From: an uncultured Candidatus Saccharibacteria bacterium
Lineage (GTDB): Bacteria; Patescibacteriota; Minisyncoccia; Phycocordibacterales; UBA9973
Direction of reading: 5' to 3'
Assembly: GCA_964618925.1 (NCBI GenBank)
Contig: CAZUCZ010000002.1
Span: 1-48,299 of the forward strand
DNA: 48,299 bases
Below, one piece after another: positions 27,063-34,466 of this stretch; positions within the stretch are counted from its first letter, which is position 1, and every line of letters starts with the position of its first letter. Under the pieces are notes generated by a model that made no database searches, had not been told where the DNA came from, and saw only the letters and a program-made list of their open reading frames with translations. The translations under genes were made by a program, and so were the position numbers.

Positions 27063-28247
27063 ATGTTAGATACAGATAAAATTCACGAGTTATTACATAG
27101 AGGTGTTGATAAAATTTACCCCTCAAGGGAAGTTTTGGAAAAAGCACTACTCTCTGGGCAAAAATTAAAGTTATACCAAGGCTTCGACCCTACTGGTGAC
27201 AAGCTCCATATTGGGCATATGGTCGGTTTTCGTAAACATCGACAATGGCAGGATCTCGGACATGAAGTGATATTTCTGATTGGTGATGGTACGGGGCAAG
27301 CAGGTGACCCAACAGGTAAAAAGAAAACACGCGAGAAATTCTTTACGAGTGAAGAACTGCGTACAAATGCAAAAAATTACCTTACCCAAGCACAAAAGAT
27401 CGTTCGCTTTGATGGACCAAACCCGATTAAGATAATGTACAACGGTGATTGGTTGAATAAACTCAACCTTACTGATATTTTAGATATTGCACAACATTTC
27501 TCTGTACAACAATTGATCGAGCGAGATATGTTTCAAGAAAGACTTAAAAAAGGTGAATCTATTAATCTCAGAGAGTTCCTTTACCCACTCTTGCAAGCAT
27601 ATGATTCTGTGGAGATGGAGGTAGACCTGGAACTCGGTGGCTCAGATCAGACATTTAATATGCTTGCCGGACGAACACTGCTCAAAGCCATGAAAAACAA
27701 AGAGAAGTTCGTAATGACGACCCCACTGTTGTCTGACTCCAAAGGAGTAAAGATCGGTAAAAGTGAAGGGAATGTGATCGCCCTTATTGATGAACCGAGC
27801 GATTTATTCGGTAAGATTATGTCTTTGGGTGATGATGCGATCATACCTATGTTTACATTACTCACAGACTTTCCACTCGACGAGATAGAGAAATTTGATC
27901 TGAGTAAGGATGCAATGATACTTAAAAAGAAAGTTGCATCTCTAATCATTACTCAGTTATACGATGCAGCGGCTGCAGTGCAGGCAGAAGAGAACTTTTC
28001 TAAAACCTTCCAAAAAAATGAAATCCCAGATACTATGACTGAGATAAAAAAAGATGGAGATATGAGTTTTATGGAATTACTCGTCGGAGCACAGGTGGTG
28101 TCTTCAAAAGGTGAATTCCGAAGGCTTTTAGATGAGGGTGCTATTACAGACCTTGATGCTAATACTAAGATAACCGATGTGAATATGGTTCCTGCGGCAG
28201 GGCAGCGGTTTAAGATAGGTAAAAAGAGGTTTATAAAAATAATATAA
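27063..28247 (+). CDS. tyrS: Tyrosine--tRNA ligase
   Basis: HIGH motif (LHIGHMVG), KMSKS-like motif KIGKSEG, and a C-terminal S4-like domain. Confidence 0.9.
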   Translation: MLDTDKIHELLHRGVDKIYPSREVLEKALLSGQKLKLYQGFDPTGDKLHIGHMVGFRKHRQWQDLGHEVIFLIGDGTGQAGDPTGKKKTREKFFTSEELRTNAKNYLTQAQKIVRFDGPNPIKIMYNGDWLNKLNLTDILDIAQHFSVQQLIERDMFQERLKKGESINLREFLYPLLQAYDSVEMEVDLELGGSDQTFNMLAGRTLLKAMKNKEKFVMTTPLLSDSKGVKIGKSEGNVIALIDEPSDLFGKIMSLGDDAIIPMFTLLTDFPLDEIEKFDLSKDAMILKKKVASLIITQLYDAAAAVQAEENFSKTFQKNEIPDTMTEIKKDGDMSFMELLVGAQVVSSKGEFRRLLDEGAITDLDANTKITDVNMVPAAGQRFKIGKKRFIKII

Positions 28248-28252
28248 ACAAT

Positions 28253-28277
28253 AAAAGACCCCTAAGCGGGGTCTTTT
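28253..28277. terminator. Bidirectional hairpin terminator between tyrS and the small acidic ORF
   Basis: aaaagacccc-taagc-ggggtctttt, a GC stem flanked by an A-run and a T-run. Confidence 0.65.
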
Positions 28278-28280
28278 ATA

Positions 28281-28418
28281 TTAGTGATAGGCATCTTCTG
28301 GATCGTCTGATTCATCATCTAGGTCTATAGGACCGAGCGCATCATCACCGTCGTCGATGAATTCATCTTCGTCAAAGTCATTCATCTTGAAATCACCATC
28401 ATCTTCATCATAACTCAT
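28281..28418 (-). CDS. Putative 45-aa extremely acidic peptide
   Basis: Hand translation gives MSYDEDDGDFKMNDFDEDEFIDDGDDALGPIDLDDESDDPEDAYH. It is followed by the 28253 hairpin and is below the track cutoff. Confidence 0.35.
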   Translation of the reverse strand: MSYDEDDGDFKMNDFDEDEFIDDGDDALGPIDLDDESDDPEDAYH

Positions 28419-28690
28419 ATGAAATATTGTTTTTTATTTTTAACACCCCTAGTAATGCCTCCTTTGTAACAAAATATAAAAAACTTAGCAATAGAAAATG
28501 TGGATAAGTCCCAATTTTATTTTTATAAAATAAATTAGAAAATTGAGGATCCCGCCAAAGGCGGGATAAAGTAGATAATAACTCAGTTTCAAGCTTGCTG
28601 ACCATGATTTTTTATGTTAAAAACAAGATAGAAAAAACACAAAAATTAGTCATGGGGATTAATTGGGAAGTGTTCTTTCTAAGGAAAAGT

Positions 28691-28894
28691 ATGTCTATTT
28701 ACATCAAAGAAGAAGAGAGATTTTCTTCTAATAAAGAAAACAAATCTGGGTCACTGGATCCAGACCGCGAGTTGCCAAAAGATGAGTTTTGCTTAGAAGG
28801 CTCTAATTCTTCTGAACAAATACATTTTTCAAAACAACCTGAAGAACCTGTGGTCCAAAAAATTGAATATAACAATGACGCACTTTGGGACTAA
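28691..28894 (+). CDS. Putative small hydrophilic protein (67 aa)
   Basis: Internal Met of ORF 28595..28894, preceded by aaggaaaagt (SD-like) and followed by the 28907 hairpin. No homology recognised. Confidence 0.3.
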   Translation: MSIYIKEEERFSSNKENKSGSLDPDRELPKDEFCLEGSNSSEQIHFSKQPEEPVVQKIEYNNDALWD

Positions 28895-28906
28895 AATTAT
28901 GATTGA

Positions 28907-28936
28907 AGAAAATTTATAGCCGGTATTCTCTAGGGA
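28907..28936. terminator. Bidirectional hairpin terminator (small ORF / ruvC)
   Basis: 12-bp stem tagccggtattc / gaatgccggcta with one G-U pair, flanked by A/T runs. Confidence 0.6.
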
Positions 28937-28949
28937 ATGCCGGCTAATT

Positions 28950-29456
28950 TTATTTATGATCAATTTTTAAGTAGGCAAATGCGGTGAGAGCGATAGCTAT
29001 CGCATCGAGCTCATCATCAGAGGTTTTACTTTTTTCCTCGCCAAGGCATACAGGTAAGTCTACGAGCATCTGCACCATTTTTATAATCTGACTTTTATCA
29101 GCTTTACCGTATCCCGTAGTCGCTACCTTGATTTGCAGGGGAGTAGCTTCGAATATTTTTAAATCTGCCCGCATGGCTTCATAGAGGAGTACCCCTCGTG
29201 CTTCGGCTACATGCATGACTGTCTTTTGGTTTGTAGTCAAAAACAATGTCTCGATAGATACGGCATCTGGTTTGTATTTTTTGATTACATTTCGCACTTC
29301 ATCACCGAGAAGGAGTAGCCGCTTTGAAAATTCGAGCTTGCTCGACGTCTTAAAACACTCAGAAAAGAGGACTTTTTCCTTTTTATCTCCAATATTCTTC
29401 TCGAGCACCGCAACCCCAAGCCTTTCGTACCCCGGATCTATTCCTAGAATTCTCAT
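28950..29456 (-). CDS. ruvC: Crossover junction endodeoxyribonuclease RuvC
   Basis: MRILGIDPGYERLGVAVLE N-terminus and typical size (168 aa). Confidence 0.9.
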   Translation of the reverse strand: MRILGIDPGYERLGVAVLEKNIGDKKEKVLFSECFKTSSKLEFSKRLLLLGDEVRNVIKKYKPDAVSIETLFLTTNQKTVMHVAEARGVLLYEAMRADLKIFEATPLQIKVATTGYGKADKSQIIKMVQMLVDLPVCLGEEKSKTSDDELDAIAIALTAFAYLKIDHK

Positions 29457-29497
29457 ATGTTGATTTTAACACTATTATTAGGTTCCCCATAATATGC

Positions 29498-29526
29498 TTG
29501 CAATATATAGACATGTATGGTTATAT
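29498..29526 (+). promoter_or_regulatory. Putative promoter TTGCAA-17 nt-TTATAT
   Basis: ttgcaa at 29498-29503 and ttatat at 29521-29526. It would give a roughly 130-nt leader for the 29664 gene. Confidence 0.4.
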
Positions 29527-29536
29527 ACACAATAGA

Positions 29537-29606
29537 GACAAGATTAAGTTGTTTTTACAACTTATGGTGCTTGTCACTAATAAAGTTCCCAGAACTTGTT
29601 CTGTGG
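29537..29606 (+). promoter_or_regulatory. Structured 5' leader (two hairpins) upstream of the small secreted-protein gene
   Basis: gacaag..[taagttgt-tttt-acaactta]..cttgtc (29537-29575) and cccagaac-ttg-ttctgtgg (29588-29606). Confidence 0.4.
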
Positions 29607-29663
29607 AAAAATATAAACGTTCTTTGATTCTACTCTATTGAATTGAGTAAGGAGTTAAATAAA

Positions 29664-30002
29664 ATGAAAAAAATTAAAAATTTTTTTAACATGCTTGTTG
29701 TAGCCATTTCATTGCTTGTGGAAGGTGTGGTAAAATCCATTGCACCACAAAATCAACTCGCTTTCGATGCGGGAACCGGAGCAAATATTCCTAACACTAT
29801 CGTCGGTGCTGGTGATAGCGACAAGGGAGCAGGTCCAAAGGCTAAAAGCGGATTCTTCACATTGAATCGAAATTCAAATAACGGAAATACAACAGGTTCA
29901 TTCTGGCGAGGTAATAAACTTACAGCAGTCGAAGGTGAGGACAATCAACCAGAGGAAGAAGAAGTCGTCGATGAAAACTCTGAAGCTGAAAATAACGTCT
30001 AA
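29664..30002 (+). CDS. Small secreted hypothetical protein with an acidic tail (112 aa)
   Basis: ATG preceded by aaggag. Signal-like segment MKKIKNFFNMLVVAISLLVEGVV. C-terminus EEEEVVDENSEAENNV. Confidence 0.55.
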   Translation: MKKIKNFFNMLVVAISLLVEGVVKSIAPQNQLAFDAGTGANIPNTIVGAGDSDKGAGPKAKSGFFTLNRNSNNGNTTGSFWRGNKLTAVEGEDNQPEEEEVVDENSEAENNV

Positions 30003-30147
30003 TTTTTGTTGAAAAATATGAGGTGTTTTAAGTTAAAAAGATAGGTCCGGGACGACATTCCCGAGAAGGTCTTCTTGAAATAGAGGATGAAAAATAAGAG
30101 GAACTCTATAAGTTTTCCTCGAGATTTAAAATCTCAATCAAAAAATT

Positions 30148-30180
30148 AAAGCACTGGGACCTTACGGGACCAGTGCTTTT
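30148..30180. terminator. Bidirectional hairpin terminator (29664 gene / ruvB)
   Basis: aaagcactgg-gaccttacggga-ccagtgctttt. Confidence 0.55.
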
Positions 30181-30186
30181 CTACTT

Positions 30187-31230
30187 TTAGTTTGTTTCTG
30201 GAAATTCGAACCCGAGGTGGTCGTATGCTTTTTTCGTAGCTACACGCCCACGAGCGGTGCGTTCGAGGAGTCCGAGCTGGATGAGGTAGGGTTCTATGAC
30301 TTCTTCGACGGTAGCTTCTTCTTCACTCATCGCTGCAGCGATGGTTTTAATGCCGACAGGTCCACCACCAAATTTATCTATCAATATCTCAAGGAATTTT
30401 CTATCATTTTGATTTAATCCCATTTCATCTATGGCGAGCATATTTAATGCATCACGCACTATCTTTTTATCTAGTTTAGCAATATCTGTACCCACCGAAG
30501 GGGAACCTTTGACTTGGGCAAAATCACGCACCCGTTTCAAGAAATAATTTGCGGTACGTGGGGTAAATCTACTTCTCTTAGCTATCTCTTCTAGTGCTTC
30601 TTGTTCGAGTGCAATATCCAAAAGTTTACTTGATCTATCCACGATCTGTTCGATCTCTTCATTTGAATAAAATTCTAATCTAAATACTCCACCAGAGAAA
30701 CGTGAACGCAGTGGAGAAGATACGAGCGCCACACGAGTGGTCGCAGCGATAAGTGTAAAGGGTGGTAGATCGAGTTGGATGGTCCGCGCCGAAGGACCCT
30801 TGCCGATGATTATGTCGAGCACGCCTGACTCCATGGCAGGGTAGAGGATTTCTTCAACCATTTTATTAAGTCTGTGTATTTCATCTATGAATAAGATGTC
30901 TCCAGAAGAAAGGTTGGTTAGGATGGATGCGAGGTCGCCGACTTTCTCAATCGCCGGACCAGAAGTGATTTTCATCTGACGTCCTGTCTCGCGAGCAATC
31001 AAGTGCGCGAAGGTAGTTTTACCCAAACCCGGTGGCCCATAGAATAAAATATGCTCTGGGATATGTCCGCGTCCGCTTGCTGCATCGAGAAGTATCTTCA
31101 CATTGTCTTTTATGTGTTTTTGACCTATGTATTCATCCCATCTACTCGGACGGAGTGCTTGATCCAGGAAAGAATCATCAGATTTTTCAGATTTAGGAGG
31201 GGTATTTTTCTTTGTAATATCACTTGACAT
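30187..31230 (-). CDS. ruvB: Holliday junction branch migration ATPase RuvB
   Basis: Walker A GPPGLGKTT, Walker B LFIDEIHRL, and the C-terminal winged-helix region. Confidence 0.95.
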   Translation of the reverse strand: MSSDITKKNTPPKSEKSDDSFLDQALRPSRWDEYIGQKHIKDNVKILLDAASGRGHIPEHILFYGPPGLGKTTFAHLIARETGRQMKITSGPAIEKVGDLASILTNLSSGDILFIDEIHRLNKMVEEILYPAMESGVLDIIIGKGPSARTIQLDLPPFTLIAATTRVALVSSPLRSRFSGGVFRLEFYSNEEIEQIVDRSSKLLDIALEQEALEEIAKRSRFTPRTANYFLKRVRDFAQVKGSPSVGTDIAKLDKKIVRDALNMLAIDEMGLNQNDRKFLEILIDKFGGGPVGIKTIAAAMSEEEATVEEVIEPYLIQLGLLERTARGRVATKKAYDHLGFEFPETN

Positions 31231-31384
31231 TGTTTTTATATTATGCTATATTGTTTGAGTCCACAGAAGTAGGGTGTTTATCAACACAGTATTCACACCT
31301 CTATACACATTATAGCATTTTATTGTATTTACACTGTTTTTTACGTAGTACAATATGTGTAGTCAAGGGCAGGCACGTTTTTTT

Positions 31385-31408
31385 AAAAAAATCCACCGCA
31401 TAGCGGGG
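31385..31408 (-). terminator. Rho-independent terminator (minus strand) downstream of the pilin-NlpC/P60 gene and the 141-nt element
   Basis: The minus strand reads ccccgctatgcggtgg followed by attttttt. Confidence 0.5.
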
Positions 31409-31416
31409 TAAAGAAG

Positions 31417-31557
31417 ACATTAATCTCTAAGCAATCAGCCACCGGTTATATGATTTTGCGTAGGACGTTTTGGTTAGATTTATCTTTCTGGTACTATCCT
31501 ACAATAATTTATTACTTTTAGAACTTAGTTCCAAAAGGATTGTTTAGAGATTAATGT
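31417..31557. repeat. 141-bp element closed by a 19-bp inverted repeat (structured RNA or MITE-like)
   Basis: acattaatctctaagcaat (31417-31435) against attgtttagagattaatgt (31539-31557), with 1 mismatch. Inner hairpins are ttttggaac/gttctaaaa and gtagga/tcctac. Confidence 0.6.
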
Positions 31558-31565
31558 TTTTTTAT

Positions 31566-32684
31566 TTAAAGTCGTTTAACGTATTTTATTTTACCCTTTA
31601 AATATCTACTATTTATACTTTCTGTTTTTACACCATCTGCACGCCTCGTGCTTTCTATAACTAATCCATTACCAATATACATCATAACGTGTCCTATTTT
31701 TATTCCTCCATTTCCTGCTTGCCAACCCACCAGGTCTCCAACTCTGAGTGGTATACCATCAATTGAAGTACCATCTGTGCTAATAGAACCAACATTTGAT
31801 ACATTACCACTACTAAATATCTGCGCAGTTGTTTCTCCTGGACTAGAGATACCAACACATTTATACACCTGAGCAACATACGAGGAACAGTCAGTATAAA
31901 GTATATTTCCAGAAATTTGATTTCTCTTATCCATACTATAGGAAGTTTTTCCCATAAAAGATTGAGCAGTTGATAATAATGCTGGAGATCCACCACCTCT
32001 GCATTGTATACCTAACGCTTCTAGTTTTTTATTTTCAACCGCGGTAAAAGGAATATTCACATTTTCGTTACTAATATTCTGCTCAATATAACTATTGATA
32101 GCTTGCTCCCCCCCACTGCTCAGCGTCCCCCCACCCACATCAAAATCAGTCTTCAACAAGTCAGGATTTACGGTATACAAGATCGTATATGACCCTAATG
32201 CAAGCAATAACCCAAAGATCGCATTATATATCCTATCTTTCGCTGCAGTCTTACTATGACTTAACTCACTGGTTGCATACTCAATACCACCTACTACAAT
32301 CATTACCACTGCCGCTACTGCACATAACCCAATAAACAATCTAATACCAAAGTTTAAATATTCTCCGAGTTTACCACTCTCTGCAGGGTTAAAAGATGTA
32401 AGTTTCCCATTTACACATCCTTCCTCTCCGTCTTTACAAGGGAGGGGTTGGAGGAGGTTATAATTGCCATCTCCTGTCGTTGATGTTTTTGTTGCAGCTG
32501 GTGTTACGTTTGATGGATTCTCAGGCGGTGTATTTTGACCAGAAGAATCTATTGGAGGGGGTGTAGAGTAATCGGGGTAATCAATACCAGGAGTGGGGTA
32601 ATATTGTGCTTTAACATCCAAAAAAGAAGTAAAAAATACTATAGCTATAAGTATTATTAAAAAATATAACGAATATTTTTTCAT
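31566..32684 (-). CDS. Pilin-like (VirB2/TrbC-type two-TM module) protein fused to a C-terminal NlpC/P60 peptidase domain
   Basis: Signal peptide, then a roughly 112-aa pilin module identical to that of the 17001 gene. The C-terminal part has YTDCSSYVAQVY (catalytic Cys context) and IGHVMMYIGNG (His), the NlpC/P60 signature. Confidence 0.65.
   Translation of the reverse strand: MKKYSLYFLIILIAIVFFTSFLDVKAQYYPTPGIDYPDYSTPPPIDSSGQNTPPENPSNVTPAATKTSTTGDGNYNLLQPLPCKDGEEGCVNGKLTSFNPAESGKLGEYLNFGIRLFIGLCAVAAVVMIVVGGIEYATSELSHSKTAAKDRIYNAIFGLLLALGSYTILYTVNPDLLKTDFDVGGGTLSSGGEQAINSYIEQNISNENVNIPFTAVENKKLEALGIQCRGGGSPALLSTAQSFMGKTSYSMDKRNQISGNILYTDCSSYVAQVYKCVGISSPGETTAQIFSSGNVSNVGSISTDGTSIDGIPLRVGDLVGWQAGNGGIKIGHVMMYIGNGLVIESTRRADGVKTESINSRYLKGKIKYVKRL
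32121..32456 (-). repeat. 336-bp inverted repeat, copy 2 (pilin module); partner at 17277..17612
   Basis: Its reverse complement matches 17277..17612 with 6 mismatches. Confidence 0.95.
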
Positions 32685-32691
32685 TAGAATT

Positions 32692-34398
32692 TTATTCTTC
32701 GTTTAGATCTACCACACTACGCACTTCTTCGATGGAAGTAATTCCATTTAATACTTTTACGATGCCATCCTGGCGCATTGAAAGCGTGCCTTGGTTACGT
32801 CCTACTTTCTTTATCTCACGTTCACTTGGGTTTTGTGGGATGATGGTCTCGATGGCTTCATCTGTTTTAATCGCTTCAAATATTCCCATGCGTCCTTTGA
32901 ATCCTGTCATGTTGCATTTATCACACCCCGCTGGTGCATAGATTTTGATCGGTGCATCAGGGTTTATATTATAATTCGAGAGACTTTTACCTTCGGCTTT
33001 GATCGTATCCATGACGAGCTTGATGGTTTGCAGTTCTTCTTCGGTTGGTTTCTTTTCTTTTCTACAAAATGTACAGAGTTTACGCACGAGTCTTTGCGCG
33101 ATAGAAAGTGTTAATGCAGAAACTAAAATTTTTGGATTTACCTTGAGGTCAATCAAGCGGGGGATAACCCCAGCAGCATTGTTTGTGTGTAGTGTAGAGA
33201 AGACCATGTGCCCAGTGAGTGCTGACTGCACAGCTATTTCTGCGGTCTCTCCATCACGGATTTCTCCAACCATGATTACATCTGGGTCTTGGCGGAGTGC
33301 AGAACGGAGCCCTTCGGGGAAGCTGTAGCCTCTTTTTGTGTTTGTCTGTGTTTGAGTAATGCCTTCGAGGTGGTATTCTACTGGATCTTCGATGGTAATG
33401 ATATTTATCTCTTTGGAATATATTTTTCTCAAGAATGCATAGAGTGTGGTGGTTTTTCCAGAGCCCGTTGGTCCCGTAACGAGGATCATACCATTTGGTT
33501 TGACGATCTCTTTTTCGATAATACTAAATAGATACGGCTCAATGCCGAGCTCTTCTAGGTTTACTTGGATTGATTTCGGATCAAGGATACGCATCACAAT
33601 AGCTTCACCGTATGTCCCTGGGATGAGTGATGAACGAATACTGATCTCTTCATCTCCTTCCATGATATTAAAACGTCCGTCTTGGGCGATCTTTGAAGTT
33701 AATTTCATTTGAGAAAGTAATTTGATACGTGAATTCAAGAGCTGATATGTCTCAAGGTCAAAGAAATTTATATCTTGGAGAATACCATCGAGTCTGAGTC
33801 TGAGGCGGCATAGTTCTTTTTCTGGTTCGATGTGGATGTCAGATGCTTTAATAGCTATCGCTCCTGCGAGTATGACTTCGAGGAGTCGAGATATTCTATG
33901 GATTTTATTTCCTTCGAGCGCTTCTTTGAGGAGATTTTCTATGTCTTGAATATGATGAATATTTTTTGCTGTATCACGTAAGACTTCTCCAGAGATATCC
34001 AAGCCCCCCACAGTAGAGCTTTCTGCCATAGATATCTCTTTGTATCTACCCCAGACTTTGTTCAAGCTCGCACTACTCGCCATATAAAAGGTCGGCACAA
34101 GGTTCTGTCTTTCCATGAGGTCTTTGAGCCTACCGAGGAGGTCTTCATCTGGTACTCGTACGGCGATATATATGTTTTTACCAAAAAGTTTAAAAGGAGC
34201 GACCTTCATTTGAATAGCATCTTTTTCAGAAATGACACGGAGGGCTTCATTGTCGATACCCATGCGGTAGAGGTCTATATAGGGAAGGTGGTATTTTGAC
34301 TCGGCGAGCATCGCGACGAGCTGTTCTTCTTCTTGTTTATGTAGGTCGTCAAGTTGTCTGTTTTCGGTTGTATCATCAAAGTCTTTCATTGTATACAA
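32692..34398 (-). CDS. PilB/GspE-family secretion ATPase (type II/IV secretion NTPase)
   Basis: Walker A GPTGSGKTTTLYA, the Asp box and Walker B VIMVGEIRD, the His box, and a tetracysteine motif CTFC...CDKC. An N-terminal GspE_N-like domain is present. Confidence 0.85.
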   Translation of the reverse strand: MYTMKDFDDTTENRQLDDLHKQEEEQLVAMLAESKYHLPYIDLYRMGIDNEALRVISEKDAIQMKVAPFKLFGKNIYIAVRVPDEDLLGRLKDLMERQNLVPTFYMASSASLNKVWGRYKEISMAESSTVGGLDISGEVLRDTAKNIHHIQDIENLLKEALEGNKIHRISRLLEVILAGAIAIKASDIHIEPEKELCRLRLRLDGILQDINFFDLETYQLLNSRIKLLSQMKLTSKIAQDGRFNIMEGDEEISIRSSLIPGTYGEAIVMRILDPKSIQVNLEELGIEPYLFSIIEKEIVKPNGMILVTGPTGSGKTTTLYAFLRKIYSKEINIITIEDPVEYHLEGITQTQTNTKRGYSFPEGLRSALRQDPDVIMVGEIRDGETAEIAVQSALTGHMVFSTLHTNNAAGVIPRLIDLKVNPKILVSALTLSIAQRLVRKLCTFCRKEKKPTEEELQTIKLVMDTIKAEGKSLSNYNINPDAPIKIYAPAGCDKCNMTGFKGRMGIFEAIKTDEAIETIIPQNPSEREIKKVGRNQGTLSMRQDGIVKVLNGITSIEEVRSVVDLNEE

Positions 34399-34450
34399 TA
34401 TTGTAACTCAAAGCGTTATGGATTACCATATATCAATAACATTCGTATAT

Positions 34451-34459
34451 TGGTATAAT
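34451..34459 (+). promoter_or_regulatory. Extended -10 (TGgTATAAT) 7 nt upstream of the polA ATG
   Basis: attggtataatttacctcATG. Confidence 0.45.
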
Positions 34460-34466
34460 TTACCTC

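Noticed and set aside
28499-28507. Perfect DnaA box TGTGGATAA in the AT-rich gap near ruvC as a second origin
   Set aside because: It is a single isolated box. One or two perfect 9-mers are not surprising in an AT-rich 48-kb window. No cluster of boxes is present, and the site is not adjacent to dnaA.
28408-28605. 65-aa minus-strand ORF, and the N-terminal extension of plus-strand ORF 28595..28894
   Set aside because: The composition is that of AT-rich non-coding sequence. They span hairpins and the DnaA box, and they have no start-site signals. Only the distal part of the plus ORF, from the Met at 28691 with its SD-like aaggaa, was kept, at low confidence.
31450-31521. 23-aa hydrophobic/aromatic ORF (MILRRTFWLDLSFWYYPTIIYYF) inside the 141-bp element as a type I toxin
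   Set aside because: There is no SD sequence or promoter signal for the plus strand. It sits entirely within predicted RNA stems, and ORFs this short arise easily by chance.
17277-32456. The two near-identical repeats as template/variable repeats of a diversity-generating retroelement
   Set aside because: The six mismatches are not adenine-specific (t/a, c/t, g/a, a/g, g/c, c/t) and are all synonymous. No reverse transcriptase ORF is present in the window.
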